Assembly: GCA_964551725.1 (NCBI GenBank)
Contig: CAZKED010000003.1
Location: forward strand, 21,617 to 85,616
Reading direction: 5' to 3'
Origin: an uncultured archaeon
GTDB taxonomy: Archaea > Iainarchaeota > Iainarchaeia > Iainarchaeales > DTGL01
DNA length: 64,000 nucleotides
Numbering within the stretch: position 1 is the stretch's first letter; each line of letters starts with the position of its first letter. Positions 47,570 through 57,282 of this stretch are shown piece by piece. The position numbers and the translations under genes are program-made. The notes beneath the pieces were generated by a model. The model saw only the letters and a list, made by a program, of their open reading frames with translations, made no database searches and was not told the DNA's origin.

Positions 47570-48310
47570 TCAAGCCGCTTCAAAGAATTCGGAATTGCAG
47601 TACTCTATGTCCTGGAGGGTATCCAAGCAATCCTTGAACATCGAGCAGAACTCCTCTGCTGAAATGTCCTCCGGGGGAATCACTTCCGCAACGCACCACT
47701 CGTAGAGCAGGGAATTGCATTCCTCCACGCCGTACGCCGAAACGCAGTCAGAGTAGCCGAACTCAAATGAGGAATCCGGCTGCACTTCCCAGAACAGCCC
47801 GGTCAAAAAGGTAGCCGAAAATCCGAGAACGAGCAGCACGGGAATGAGGCTGTCGCGCTTTAAGATTATTCTCTCTTTGGGGGGATACGCCCTTTCAATC
47901 CCCTTAGATTTGCTGAAATAGAAAAACCACCCCAGCGCTACAGCCACGCCGGCAAGGACAGGATAGAAATAAATGCCCGAAAAGGAAAGCGTTGTAAAAC
48001 TGAACGCGTTGATGAACGCCGCGAAAAGCGTGAATGCTTTTGCCGCCGGCACAGCATTGGGCTTGGAAAAATAAAGCAACCAGGAAACATAAAACATGAA
48101 ACCAATCGAAGCAACGGAAACCGCGGATTCCGCGAGAGGGAATACCAAATTGAACGGCTGCGCGAGCAGGGAGTAAACCTCGAAAGAAAGCGGTATTCCG
48201 AGGGCAATCGCAATAGCGCTCCAGCCTTCCCAGATGAAGAAGACCCAGACCCAGAAAGGAATTTTCCTCCCATCAGTTTTTTTCTTTTTACCCACTAAAA
48301 ACCCTTCCAA
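47570..48310 (-). CDS. Hypothetical membrane protein
   Basis: 246 aa, 6 TM helices, Cys-containing extracytoplasmic C-terminal segment. Confidence 0.5.
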   Translation of the reverse strand: MEGFLVGKKKKTDGRKIPFWVWVFFIWEGWSAIAIALGIPLSFEVYSLLAQPFNLVFPLAESAVSVASIGFMFYVSWLLYFSKPNAVPAAKAFTLFAAFINAFSFTTLSFSGIYFYPVLAGVAVALGWFFYFSKSKGIERAYPPKERIILKRDSLIPVLLVLGFSATFLTGLFWEVQPDSSFEFGYSDCVSAYGVEECNSLLYEWCVAEVIPPEDISAEEFCSMFKDCLDTLQDIEYCNSEFFEAA

Positions 48311-48313
48311 AAA

Positions 48314-48910
48314 TTATTCAAAAAACTCCTTCCTGAGAATTATTTTGTTCGTAAGACCATAGCCGTGCTTTTCAATAACGCCCTTTGATTCAAGCCTTTT
48401 CAGGGCGCGGTGCACCTGCACCTTGCTCATGCCCGTTTCCCTCGCCATTTTTGACTGCGTCAATTCGTAGTCAGAAGCCTTCAGGGCGTCTATTACCTTT
48501 CTCTCGTCAGGCAAGAGCAGGTTGTTCGCTGTCTGCTGCTTAACGCTCTTTATTTCCTTTTCCCTGACCAGGCTCCAGATAGTCATTCCCGCAATCAGCG
48601 AAATCACGCCGCTGACCAGGAAGGCGAGCGCCAGGGGCGAAGAGAAAAAACCCCAGGGGTCAAAAAAACTCCTCGGCATGCGCATTGTTCGGTTAAAATC
48701 CGGAAATCTGTTTATGTCCTCGGGAGAAGCCCTGTTCAAGTCAGGATTCCTGCCCCCCACGCCCCACAAGTTTGCCTGTTCAGGCATCCACATGGCAGAG
48801 TACAAAAGGAAAAGGAACAGCAAAATTGCGAATCCGCCGTACAGGAAGCAGAGGACCATTACCGCTACATGCCTCTTTCTCGCCCTGAAAAACGTTTCAT
48901 TTGGTTTCAT
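48314..48910 (-). CDS. Membrane-anchored winged-HTH transcription regulator-like protein
   Basis: 198 aa. 2-3 N-terminal TM helices then LPDERKVIDALKASDYELTQSKMARETGMSKVQVHRALKRLESKGVIE (MarR/TrmB-like wHTH). Confidence 0.55.
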   Translation of the reverse strand: MKPNETFFRARKRHVAVMVLCFLYGGFAILLFLFLLYSAMWMPEQANLWGVGGRNPDLNRASPEDINRFPDFNRTMRMPRSFFDPWGFFSSPLALAFLVSGVISLIAGMTIWSLVREKEIKSVKQQTANNLLLPDERKVIDALKASDYELTQSKMARETGMSKVQVHRALKRLESKGVIEKHGYGLTNKIILRKEFFE

Positions 48911-49032
48911 GTTTCAACCCGTTTCATGAGACCTTAATAACGGTTTCATCTCGTTACAGCCAGAGTTAATAATAGTTGCAAAAGTATTTAAATCATGCGG
49001 TAAGCGCATGTCTGTAAAAAGGAGGTTCAAAA

Positions 49033-49515
49033 ATGAGGAAGAAACTGGCAATATTCGGAATCGCCGCACTGCTATTAATGAGTGTAACAATTGCGTTTGC
49101 AACCGAAACAGGATTTTTCAGGGGAAAAGAACCTGGCTCTTTCCCAGAGACTGGATTCTGCCACAGAATGTCCGGCTTTAAACATTTCCCGCCAGGCATG
49201 CGGGGGGAAGGACCGTGGACTGAAAGCGGTCCTGCAAGGGAGCAGTCAACGGAAGAAATGAAAGAAAAGATGGATGAGCAAACGGCAGAAATCCGAGAAG
49301 AACTCGGCCTGCCTGAAGACGCCACAAGAGAACAAGTAATGGAAGCAATGCGCGAGGCACAGGTGCAAAAAGTGAAAGAAAAGCTCGGATTGCCGGAGGA
49401 TGCATCCGAGGAAGAAGTGCTCGACGCACTGAAGGAATGGGGAGAGGAAAACAAAGAACTGCTGGGAATGCGGCACCTCAGAATGGGCTGCTGGCACAAT
49501 TCCCGAGAAGGGTAA
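49033..49515 (+). CDS. Secreted hypothetical protein with internal LGLPEDA(T/S)xE repeat
   Basis: Signal peptide MRKKLAIFGIAALLLMSVTIAFA. Repeats EELGLPEDATREQVMEAMREAQ / EKLGLPEDASEEEVLDALKEWG. Confidence 0.5.
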   Translation: MRKKLAIFGIAALLLMSVTIAFATETGFFRGKEPGSFPETGFCHRMSGFKHFPPGMRGEGPWTESGPAREQSTEEMKEKMDEQTAEIREELGLPEDATREQVMEAMREAQVQKVKEKLGLPEDASEEEVLDALKEWGEENKELLGMRHLRMGCWHNSREG

Positions 49516-49581
49516 GAAATTTGACACGAACATTCCTTGGAATGACCGTTTGGCGGCGGGGAATCCCGCCGCTTCCGATGA

Positions 49582-50307
49582 TTGAAAAAGGAGACCAAAA
49601 TGAAAACCGTGCTTGAACTGAAGAACGTATGGAAAATCTACAAAATGGACGAAGTGGAAGTCACAGCGGCAAGAGAAATAAACATGCAAATACACAGAGA
49701 CGAATTTGTTGCCGTTGTGGGAGCATCCGGCAGCGGAAAATCAACAGTGCTTTCCATAATGGGCGCGCTGGACATGCCCACAAAGGGAAAGGTTTTTTTG
49801 GACGGAACGGAAATCAGCCAATTGCCCGAATCAAGACTCGCGAGGATAAGGGGAAAAAGCATCGGATTCGTTTTCCAGATGTTCAACTTGTATCCCACGC
49901 TCAACATTTTCGAAAACATTGCCCTGCCGATGAGAATCCACGAATTCAGCGAAAGCGACATAAAAGAAAAGGTGAGGGAACTCGCGGAACTCGTTGAATT
50001 GGAGCACAGGATAAAGCACCTGCCCAGACAGCTTTCCGGCGGGGAAAGGCAACGCGTTGCAATCGCCAGGGCGCTCTCAACGCAGCCTTCAATGGTTCTG
50101 GCGGACGAGCCGACGGGGAACCTCGACTCCAAGACAAGTTACGGGATAATGAAATTGTTTTCCGACTTGCACGAAAAAGAGGGCAAGACCGTAGTAGTCG
50201 TGACGCACGAACCCGACATCGCGCAATATGCTGAAAGAATTATCGAGCTGAAAGACGGAAAAATCTCTTACGACAGAAAAAACCACAAAAGGAGGAATGG
50301 GAAATGA
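49582..50307 (+). CDS. ABC transporter ATP-binding protein (MacB/LolD type)
   Basis: GASGSGKST, LSGGERQRVAIARAL, LADEPTGNLD. Confidence 0.85.
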   Translation: MKKETKMKTVLELKNVWKIYKMDEVEVTAAREINMQIHRDEFVAVVGASGSGKSTVLSIMGALDMPTKGKVFLDGTEISQLPESRLARIRGKSIGFVFQMFNLYPTLNIFENIALPMRIHEFSESDIKEKVRELAELVELEHRIKHLPRQLSGGERQRVAIARALSTQPSMVLADEPTGNLDSKTSYGIMKLFSDLHEKEGKTVVVVTHEPDIAQYAERIIELKDGKISYDRKNHKRRNGK

Positions 50308-51611
50308 ATGGTAAAATTTTTTGCACTTTTTTAGTAATCGGGGCTTTCTTTGCTTTTCTGAGCCCAGTTAATGCGGCGGACCCCGCCTATCTCATAAAGG
50401 TGAAGGAAACAAGCTTTTTGCCAGAAACAATATACAACGGCGACATTGTTAATCTGAGAGTGGACATTGAAAACAGGGGAAGCACCAATTTGATAGAGGA
50501 CTTGAATGCCTGCATTGACATAGGCAACAATTTCGACGCCGTTGAGGTGAACAAATCCGTGGAATCAATAAAGCCGAACTCCAGCCAGTCGCTCGTGTTC
50601 AAGTTCAAGGTAAAGGAGGACACTCTGCCCGGCTACTATTCGCTTGTTCTAACAATGGATTATGTGAGGAGCGAGAACAAGGCGGTGCAGGAGCAGTCCG
50701 AGAGCATCCTTATCGCGGTTTCAAAGAGCGAGAAAAACCTGGACGTCACAATAGAGCCCAGGGTAATAAACCCCGGAAAGCAGACAGAAATGATTTTCAC
50801 ACTGAAAAACGTGAGCGGCACCTCGGTTTCAAACATTTCATTTTCCTGGGAGGAATCAAACGATTTGGTTCTCCCGCTTGGCTCGGACAACAAGAGGTAT
50901 GTCTCCTTTCTGGGAACCGGAAGCGATACGGAAATTTCCTACATTGTCGCTGCAGACCCCAACATCGAGCCCGGAATCTATTCGCTGGACATAACAATGA
51001 CCTTTACCGAGGTAAGCGGAACAAAAACACAGGAATCCGAAGTGGGGCTGATTGTCGGCGGCGGAACAGAGTTTGAGGTAAGCGCTGAAATGAGCGGTTC
51101 AAACCAGATTACAATAAGCATTGCCAATGTCGGCTCAAACAACGCGGGAGCCGTTGTCGTGAGGATACCGGAACAGGAGGGCGTAAAAGTCAGCGGAAGC
51201 AATGTGTCAATTCTCGGAAACCTCAACGAAGGGGATTATACGCTTGCCAACTTCTCGGTTTCAGGCGGGGCAACGGGCGGATTCTCCGGAACAGCGCAGG
51301 GAATGAGGCAGGGCTTCAGAGGCACGCCAGCCGGAACGCCTCCGGTCGCGGAGCAGTCAATAGAAAGCCCGCCAGGGGAATCAGTAGGATCAAGAAAAGT
51401 CACGGTCGAAATAGAATACACCGACACCACTGGCGAAAGACAGGTAATCAAAAAAACCGTGGAAATCGACTTTGACATAACAAGCATGCAATCCTCCTTC
51501 AGCGAAGCCATGCAGTCGGATTCCTTTGACATAACGGACTACGCGCTTTATATTGCGGCAGGTGTGATAGCGGTAGCCGCAATAGTGTACTATAAAAAGA
51601 GAAAAAAGTGA
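50304..51611 (+). CDS. Large secreted repeat protein with C-terminal TM anchor (partner of the MacB-type ABC system)
   Basis: Signal peptide, three similar roughly 120-aa beta-rich repeats (CARDB/DUF11-like), Gly-rich segment, C-terminal TM plus KKRKK. Confidence 0.55.
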   Translation: MNGKIFCTFLVIGAFFAFLSPVNAADPAYLIKVKETSFLPETIYNGDIVNLRVDIENRGSTNLIEDLNACIDIGNNFDAVEVNKSVESIKPNSSQSLVFKFKVKEDTLPGYYSLVLTMDYVRSENKAVQEQSESILIAVSKSEKNLDVTIEPRVINPGKQTEMIFTLKNVSGTSVSNISFSWEESNDLVLPLGSDNKRYVSFLGTGSDTEISYIVAADPNIEPGIYSLDITMTFTEVSGTKTQESEVGLIVGGGTEFEVSAEMSGSNQITISIANVGSNNAGAVVVRIPEQEGVKVSGSNVSILGNLNEGDYTLANFSVSGGATGGFSGTAQGMRQGFRGTPAGTPPVAEQSIESPPGESVGSRKVTVEIEYTDTTGERQVIKKTVEIDFDITSMQSSFSEAMQSDSFDITDYALYIAAGVIAVAAIVYYKKRKK

Positions 51612-51617
51612 GACCGG

Positions 51618-52922
51618 ATGAGAATCTCTGACTCCTTCAAGTTGTCAATAAACAGCATTACGCACAGGCGCATGAGGTCCTGGCTGACACTCCTGGGCAT
51701 TGTCATCGGTGTAGCGGCAGTAGTGGCAATTGTTTCCATAGGCGAGGGCGCGCAGGCAAGCATCAGCGAGGAACTGTCAGGTTTCGGCGCGGACATAATA
51801 ACTGTCAGCCCAGGTTACTCCAGGGCAATGGTCTTCGGCGGAGGATTCCGCGGCGGAGGACCGCCGGGCATGCAAAGCCAAGGAACCAGTTCCGAGGAAG
51901 AAAACCCGACGCTGACACAAAAAGATTCAACAGTAATAAAGCAGAACCAGAACGTGCTCGAAGTTCTCGAGACAACGAGCGCAAGGGGCAACTTCATTTT
52001 TCTCGCTGAAGAACTGGACAATGTGACAATAACCGGGGTAAACCCCAACGCCTGGGAGAAAGTTGAGGCACCGGAACTCGCGGCAGGAAGGCTGCTTTCC
52101 CCAAGCGATTCCGCTGCAGTTGTGATAAGCGGTGAACTCGCGGAGGATGTCTTCAAGCAGCCGATTACGCTCGGGAGGAGGGTTACAATCGAGGACCAGC
52201 AGTTCACCGTAGTCGGAATCCTTGAGGCAGCCGGCAGCAGCGGCATGGGTCGCATGGGAGGCGGAAACAACAGGGTTTACATGACAAACGAAGCGGTCTG
52301 GAGGATAACCGATGAAGAAACGCTTGAGGACAATACTTTTTCCTCACTGAGCGTGAAGGTCAAGGATGTTGAATTAATCGAGGAAACGATGGAGGAATTG
52401 TCTAAATCCCTCATGATTTTCAGGAAAGTGAGTGAGAGCACGAAAGATTTCTCAATCAGCTCCTCTCTGGAAATGAAGGAGCAGATAAGCAGCACAATGG
52501 AGTCCCTCACACTGTTCTTGGGGGCGATAGCAGCAGTGTCTTTGCTGGTTGGCGCAATCGGGGTTGCAAACAGCATGTTCACATCCGTTCTGGAGAAAAC
52601 AAAACTTATAGGCATTCTGAAAGCCCTCGGTTCAACAAACCGGGAGATACTCACGATTTTCATAATAGAATCAGGGCTTTTCGGGCTTGTTGGCGGAATG
52701 CTCGGCGTGTTTCTCGGAAGCCTGATATCGGGCGCAATGTCGGGGATGACAGGAATATCCCTCCCAATGGTTGGGGGCAGGGGAGGCATGATGACGCTTG
52801 TCACGCCCGAACTCATACTTGTTGCCATAGGGCTTTCAACGGTCATCGGAATTCTCTCGGGAATAATGCCTGCACGTGCTGCAGCAGGACTCAAGCCAGT
52901 GGAAGCGCTAAGGTACGAATAG
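51618..52922 (+). CDS. ABC transporter permease, MacB/FtsX family
   Basis: 434 aa. N-terminal TM, large periplasmic MacB-like domain, C-terminal 3-TM FtsX module. Confidence 0.75.
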   Translation: MRISDSFKLSINSITHRRMRSWLTLLGIVIGVAAVVAIVSIGEGAQASISEELSGFGADIITVSPGYSRAMVFGGGFRGGGPPGMQSQGTSSEEENPTLTQKDSTVIKQNQNVLEVLETTSARGNFIFLAEELDNVTITGVNPNAWEKVEAPELAAGRLLSPSDSAAVVISGELAEDVFKQPITLGRRVTIEDQQFTVVGILEAAGSSGMGRMGGGNNRVYMTNEAVWRITDEETLEDNTFSSLSVKVKDVELIEETMEELSKSLMIFRKVSESTKDFSISSSLEMKEQISSTMESLTLFLGAIAAVSLLVGAIGVANSMFTSVLEKTKLIGILKALGSTNREILTIFIIESGLFGLVGGMLGVFLGSLISGAMSGMTGISLPMVGGRGGMMTLVTPELILVAIGLSTVIGILSGIMPARAAAGLKPVEALRYE

Positions 52923-52989
52923 CGGCATTCCACGCCAAAAAAAAGCGATAAATATTTTAACTCTTTTAGCAGCATTATTACAGAACTGA

Positions 52990-53637
52990 TTGCTTTTCGG
53001 GAAAAAAATGGCAAGGGTTGAACTGAAAAAGGATGCCTTGGTGGCAATAATTGTAGCCGCCATAGAAGTCTACAAGAAAGAGTGCTACGGCCTGTTGGTC
53101 GGGGAGAAAGGGGGCAACAGGACTTTGATCAGGGACGCTTTCGGATTCCAGACCGCAATGCGCGATTATTATTCCAGTTCGGTGTTCGAGTTCAGGGAAA
53201 GGCGCGTGAACGAAACCCTCAAGCTTTTAACGCCGTGGAAGCTTGTCGGGGACTTCCACTCGCACACAAACGGAACGGAATGCCTGAGCGACGACGACAA
53301 GGATTTTTTGCTTGAAGCAGGCCCTGGCTTTGTGTCATTGCTCGTGAACATTTCGCGGACGAAAAAGACAAGCAGGTGGAAGTACAACGTGGAGAAAAAG
53401 GCGCTGAGCGGAAGCATTGGAAGGAAATTTTTCGTCAAAGTACAGGCGTTCATATACGATGAAAAAGAGGACCGCATAAAAAAAGTTCCCATTTCGTTCC
53501 CCAAGAAGGATACCCTGAACAGGAGAATGAGGTACTTCACAAAACTGCAGCGCGAACTCGAAAAGGCGAGGAAAGAGGAAAAGAAAAGCGTGAGGAGAAA
53601 AAGACGCCTGAAAAAAAAGCTCTCCGCAAGGGAATAA
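52990..53637 (+). CDS. JAB/MPN+ (JAMM) domain metalloprotease-like protein with Lys/Arg-rich C-terminal tail
   Basis: ECYGLLVGE (Glu), HSHTNGTECLSDDD (HxHx7Sx2D). C-terminus KARKEEKKSVRRKRRLKKKLSARE. Confidence 0.6.
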   Translation: MLFGKKMARVELKKDALVAIIVAAIEVYKKECYGLLVGEKGGNRTLIRDAFGFQTAMRDYYSSSVFEFRERRVNETLKLLTPWKLVGDFHSHTNGTECLSDDDKDFLLEAGPGFVSLLVNISRTKKTSRWKYNVEKKALSGSIGRKFFVKVQAFIYDEKEDRIKKVPISFPKKDTLNRRMRYFTKLQRELEKARKEEKKSVRRKRRLKKKLSARE

Positions 53638-54090
53638 TCAAATCCAGCGCCTTGTCTTTTTCTTGTATTCTAGGTATTTTTTGCCGAAAGCATTCTCCAT
53701 ATTTTTTTCCTCAAGCGGGATGAAGAGCAACTGCATTGCAACCGCGAAGGCAATTGGAAAAACAAAGGTGATTATTGTTCCGTGGAGGAAAGCAACGCCC
53801 AAAAGAATGGCCGCAAAGCCGAGGTACTGCGGGTTCCTGCTCAAGCGGAAGGGCCCTGATTCAACCAATGCCGCGGGCTCAAGGTGCGGCTTTACAGTGG
53901 TTTTCCACTTTTTCAGGAGATAGTCGGCCCAGAGGTTAAGGACAGCGCCGAATGCAATCATCAAAAAGCCAAGGTAAGTGTAAGGAGGAAAAATCACTTT
54001 CTTTACGGGAAAAAAGAAATGCAGCGCGATGGAAAGCGCCAGGAATATGAAAAAATACGCCGGCGGCATGAGCCTCGGCTTTGCACTCAT
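53638..54090 (-). CDS. Isoprenylcysteine carboxyl methyltransferase / phospholipid methyltransferase family membrane protein
   Basis: ESGPFRLSRNPQYLG motif, 4 TM helices. Confidence 0.7.
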   Translation of the reverse strand: MSAKPRLMPPAYFFIFLALSIALHFFFPVKKVIFPPYTYLGFLMIAFGAVLNLWADYLLKKWKTTVKPHLEPAALVESGPFRLSRNPQYLGFAAILLGVAFLHGTIITFVFPIAFAVAMQLLFIPLEEKNMENAFGKKYLEYKKKTRRWI

Positions 54091-54125
54091 ACCCCAAATA
54101 CTGCGGGGTTAGGTTTAAAATTTCT

Positions 54126-54431
54126 TCACCCTGGCAGTTCCTTGAACACACGCTTCATTTTCTTCGCATAATCCCTGAAAGCGGAGCGGCCTTTTTTCGA
54201 GAGACTAATCATGGTGTGGGGCTTCCTGCCGACAAACTCCTTCTTTACTTCTACATAATTTGCCTTTTCCAGCTTGCTCAAATGCGAGGAGAGGTTCCCG
54301 TCGCTTAACCCTGTCTGGCGCTTGAGGAAGAGGAAGTCAGCGCTCTCCACGACATACAGGTGCGCCATGATGCTGAGGCGCGCCGGCTCGTGGACGAGCT
54401 TGTCGATTCCCGAGAGCGGTTTCCCCTTCAC
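54126..54431 (-). CDS. Winged-helix transcriptional regulator (ArsR-like)
   Basis: 101 aa. LVHEPARLSIMAHL...LKRQTGLSDGNLSSHLSKLEKANYVEV. Confidence 0.6.
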   Translation of the reverse strand: MKGKPLSGIDKLVHEPARLSIMAHLYVVESADFLFLKRQTGLSDGNLSSHLSKLEKANYVEVKKEFVGRKPHTMISLSKKGRSAFRDYAKKMKRVFKELPG

Positions 54432-55087
54432 TTCTTTCCCCCATCCAATGGATACTCTTTCTTGAACTTGCTGTATTCAATCAGTCCGAGAATGACTAAT
54501 ATCAAGGCTGGAATAACCCAAACCATTGCATTGGATAGCTCGCTGCCGAATGTTCCCTTAATGAATTCCACAAGGGGAATCCCGACACCGATTATTGTTC
54601 CGTAAAGAGCCATTCTTGGGAAATCCATAACGTATGCGAAAAACCCAATTCCGACAATAACCGCTATTCCGATTGCAGCCATTAAGCCAAGCCCGCCCAG
54701 CAAGCCAGTTATTTCCAGGCCAGGGAAAACTCCATAGTATGTCAGAATCACTAAAGCCATAAGAGCAATCACTCCAACAGCGTTAACCATCGCTATTCTG
54801 TTTCTTTTTTGCTGTCTTTTCCTGCTGAATTTAGCAATGCCGACCCTTGGCAGCACTCCATAAACAAACCCAAGGAACATAACCAAGGAAGCCGGAACAA
54901 CCAAGAAAAGGATGTAAACGTATCCGAATAACGCCCTTATCGTCGGCGCAACAGCAAATGAAAGCAATAACACGCCGAAGCCGACATCATACAGCCATTT
55001 CTGGAAAAAAGAACCATAGGCTTTTTTTTCAATCTTGTTTAAGTCAATTTTTTCAGAAATATTCTCAGTCATTGTATCACCATACAC
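54428..55087 (-). CDS. Hypothetical membrane protein (upstream partner of the wHTH regulator, ATGA overlap)
   Basis: 219 aa, 6 TM helices. Confidence 0.5.
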   Translation of the reverse strand: MYGDTMTENISEKIDLNKIEKKAYGSFFQKWLYDVGFGVLLLSFAVAPTIRALFGYVYILFLVVPASLVMFLGFVYGVLPRVGIAKFSRKRQQKRNRIAMVNAVGVIALMALVILTYYGVFPGLEITGLLGGLGLMAAIGIAVIVGIGFFAYVMDFPRMALYGTIIGVGIPLVEFIKGTFGSELSNAMVWVIPALILVILGLIEYSKFKKEYPLDGGKK

Positions 55088-55231
55088 CTACAATGACCAG
55101 AACCCATTATATACTTTGCGGTGCAAAGTGCTTTGCAATTTAGGGGCCTGTAACGGCATTTCCGTCCGCGGCAGTGCAGGATATGGGAAAAAAGGAGAAA
55201 AAGAAGCCTGCCGAAAGAGCGGGCTTTGCGC

Positions 55232-55426
55232 TCATTTCCCGAACTCAAAGAGCCCGTCGATTGTGGTCTTGAGCGCCTTTGCGACCTCGTGCGCGAGCTT
55301 CAGCGAGGGATTGTATTTCCCTTTCTCAAGGAAGAGGATGGTCTCGCGGCGCACGCCGACCTTGCGCGCAAGGTCTTCCTGTGTCAGATTATAGCGGGCG
55401 CGCAGCTCCTTGATGCGGTTCTTCAA
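55232..55426 (-). CDS. XRE-family HTH transcriptional regulator
   Basis: 64 aa. [48 protein letters not shown] is a canonical Cro/C1 HTH. Confidence 0.75.
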   Translation of the reverse strand: MKNRIKELRARYNLTQEDLARKVGVRRETILFLEKGKYNPSLKLAHEVAKALKTTIDGLFEFGK

Positions 55427-55872
55427 CCGAGGTCACCCTTCCTTGCAAGATGCCACCTGAAGGCAATCATGGTGAAAACCATGAAGAACAGCGTGAAGCC
55501 AATCAATTCCTGCGAGGAAAACCTGAAAATTTCAAGGTAGTCCAGCCAGAAAAGAACGGAGATAGCCAGCAGTGTCAAAAACCACGACCAGGAGGCGGCA
55601 AAAGCGCCAAGTTTCCTTGTCCGCTCGTCGTGCTTGGGCTCGTCCCCGTGCCTGATTACCCTCAAGGCATAGGCAAGCATCATTGCACCAAAAGAAAACA
55701 GCACGAGGGGCACCCAGGCAGGAATGCCCTCCCAGAACAACTGAGTTGCAACCGAGAAAACGTAGACCGCAAAAACCGCCCACAGCAAAACCTTTCCCTT
55801 GCCTTTCACCAAAAACACCTCACTCCACGGAACCCTTCCTTTCAAGGACAAGGTATGAAACAACAAAGACAA
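55423..55872 (-). CDS. Hypothetical membrane protein (4-nt overlap with the XRE regulator)
   Basis: 149 aa, 4 TM helices. Confidence 0.5.
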   Translation of the reverse strand: MSLLFHTLSLKGRVPWSEVFLVKGKGKVLLWAVFAVYVFSVATQLFWEGIPAWVPLVLFSFGAMMLAYALRVIRHGDEPKHDERTRKLGAFAASWSWFLTLLAISVLFWLDYLEIFRFSSQELIGFTLFFMVFTMIAFRWHLARKGDLG

Positions 55873-56368
55873 AACATGTGAAAGCCAGAATCACTGCAGG
55901 GTAATGCCTCGGCAAAAGCGCCGGGAGGTTGAATTCCTCAACGCCCACTCCCGCATAAAACATTACCGCAAGCGAAAACCAGACTGAAGCAATGAACGCA
56001 TAGTAGCCCGACTTGTGGCTGACCCTGCGCTCCATTTCATCCTTCACCGGCAGACCCCTGCTTACTGCCCTGACCTTCTTCTGGATTATAAAGAAAGCCC
56101 CGAGCACCAAAACACCGGCGATCGGGAATATAACCAGCTCCGACGGCTCAATAGGGTAGCTGCTGATTGCAAAAGCCCCGATGGAGACAACCACGCAAAC
56201 CAGCAGAAAAACCATGACAGCCGCCCTGAATTTACCACTCATAAAAAAACCACGCTCCTTGTTAAACAAAACAAACTTTTTGTTAAAAATATCGAACTTA
56301 ATGTTGTATATATCTAACATTAACCTTTTAAACCTATCGCCGCGGGAAGCCCGGCAAAAAAGGGCCAT
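55820..56368 (-). CDS. Hypothetical membrane protein (start uncertain)
   Basis: 182 aa ORF. Internal ATG (MSGKFRAAVMV...) is the more likely start. 4 TM helices. Confidence 0.4.
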   Translation of the reverse strand: MALFCRASRGDRFKRLMLDIYNIKFDIFNKKFVLFNKERGFFMSGKFRAAVMVFLLVCVVVSIGAFAISSYPIEPSELVIFPIAGVLVLGAFFIIQKKVRAVSRGLPVKDEMERRVSHKSGYYAFIASVWFSLAVMFYAGVGVEEFNLPALLPRHYPAVILAFTCFVFVVSYLVLERKGSVE

Positions 56369-56457
56369 ACTGAAAAGAACGCCCGGAGGAATGTTTTTAT
56401 AATATTAAACCCAATTAATTACAGCTTTTACGTTCAAACTTCAGCGGAGTTGAATGC

Positions 56458-56922
56458 ATGGACAAAAAAGGGCAGGGAGCAGAGGAATACCTCACAATCA
56501 TCGCGGGCATCATTGTAATCTCGCTTGCTGTCGTAGCAATCTCGCTGGTTTCAGCTGGATTGCCGGGCTTTTCCGAATCGGGAGAAATAACAGAGGAGCA
56601 GAGCAGGGAATACTGGGGAAACACCCAGCCGCTCGCACTGACCGGCTGGCGTATAACCGCAAGCAACGGAACGTTCGTCGTGCATAACAACAGCGGAGAC
56701 AAAATCCGGATGACAGACATTACAGTAAACAACACTGCACTCGGTCTGGCTGACGCAAACGTTGCCGCGGGGGAAACAATCACCACTGCCGCGGATCCGG
56801 ACGTAAAGTGCACTCCTGACCAGGCTTACAGTTACGACATTTCAATCTCCTACGACATCGCGGGGGAGATTTCCGGCGAAACCCTGGCAGGCGAAAAACC
56901 CATAGTCGGAACCTGTCAGTGA
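56458..56922 (+). CDS. Archaeal-type prepilin (class III signal peptide) protein
   Basis: MDKKGQGAEEYLTIIAGIIVISLAVVAI matches the archaeal class III signal (KG|Q...E.YL plus hydrophobic helix). TTTTTATAATATT promoter-like box about 58 nt upstream. Confidence 0.6.
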   Translation: MDKKGQGAEEYLTIIAGIIVISLAVVAISLVSAGLPGFSESGEITEEQSREYWGNTQPLALTGWRITASNGTFVVHNNSGDKIRMTDITVNNTALGLADANVAAGETITTAADPDVKCTPDQAYSYDISISYDIAGEISGETLAGEKPIVGTCQ

Positions 56923-56988
56923 AGGCGCAGAGAGAGCCTGCACTGATTTGTTTTTATTCATAACCTTTTCATGTGGATTGGTGGTTGC

Positions 56989-57207
56989 ATGAAATCAGAG
57001 GTAATTGAAAAAATAGCCGCGCTTCTCACCGCAGCATTCGGTCTTGTTGCAGCGCTTGCATGGAACGACGCAATAAAGGCATTTTTCAAGGAAATTTTCG
57101 GGACTGCCGAAACCCTTGGCCCGATGCTGGCGTACGCGGTGGCAGTCACAATAATCGCCGTGGCTGTAACAATCTGGATAGGCAAAATAGCGGAAAAGAA
57201 GAAATGA
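56989..57207 (+). CDS. Small hydrophobic membrane protein
   Basis: MKSEVIEKIAALLTAAFGLVAALAWNDAIKAFF..., 2 TM helices. Confidence 0.4.
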   Translation: MKSEVIEKIAALLTAAFGLVAALAWNDAIKAFFKEIFGTAETLGPMLAYAVAVTIIAVAVTIWIGKIAEKKK

Positions 57208-57282
57208 CCCTTACGGAAAACCGGCTTCTTTCTGAAAGGCGCAAGCATAGACGTTTTAAATAAAACCCCATGATATTATTGC

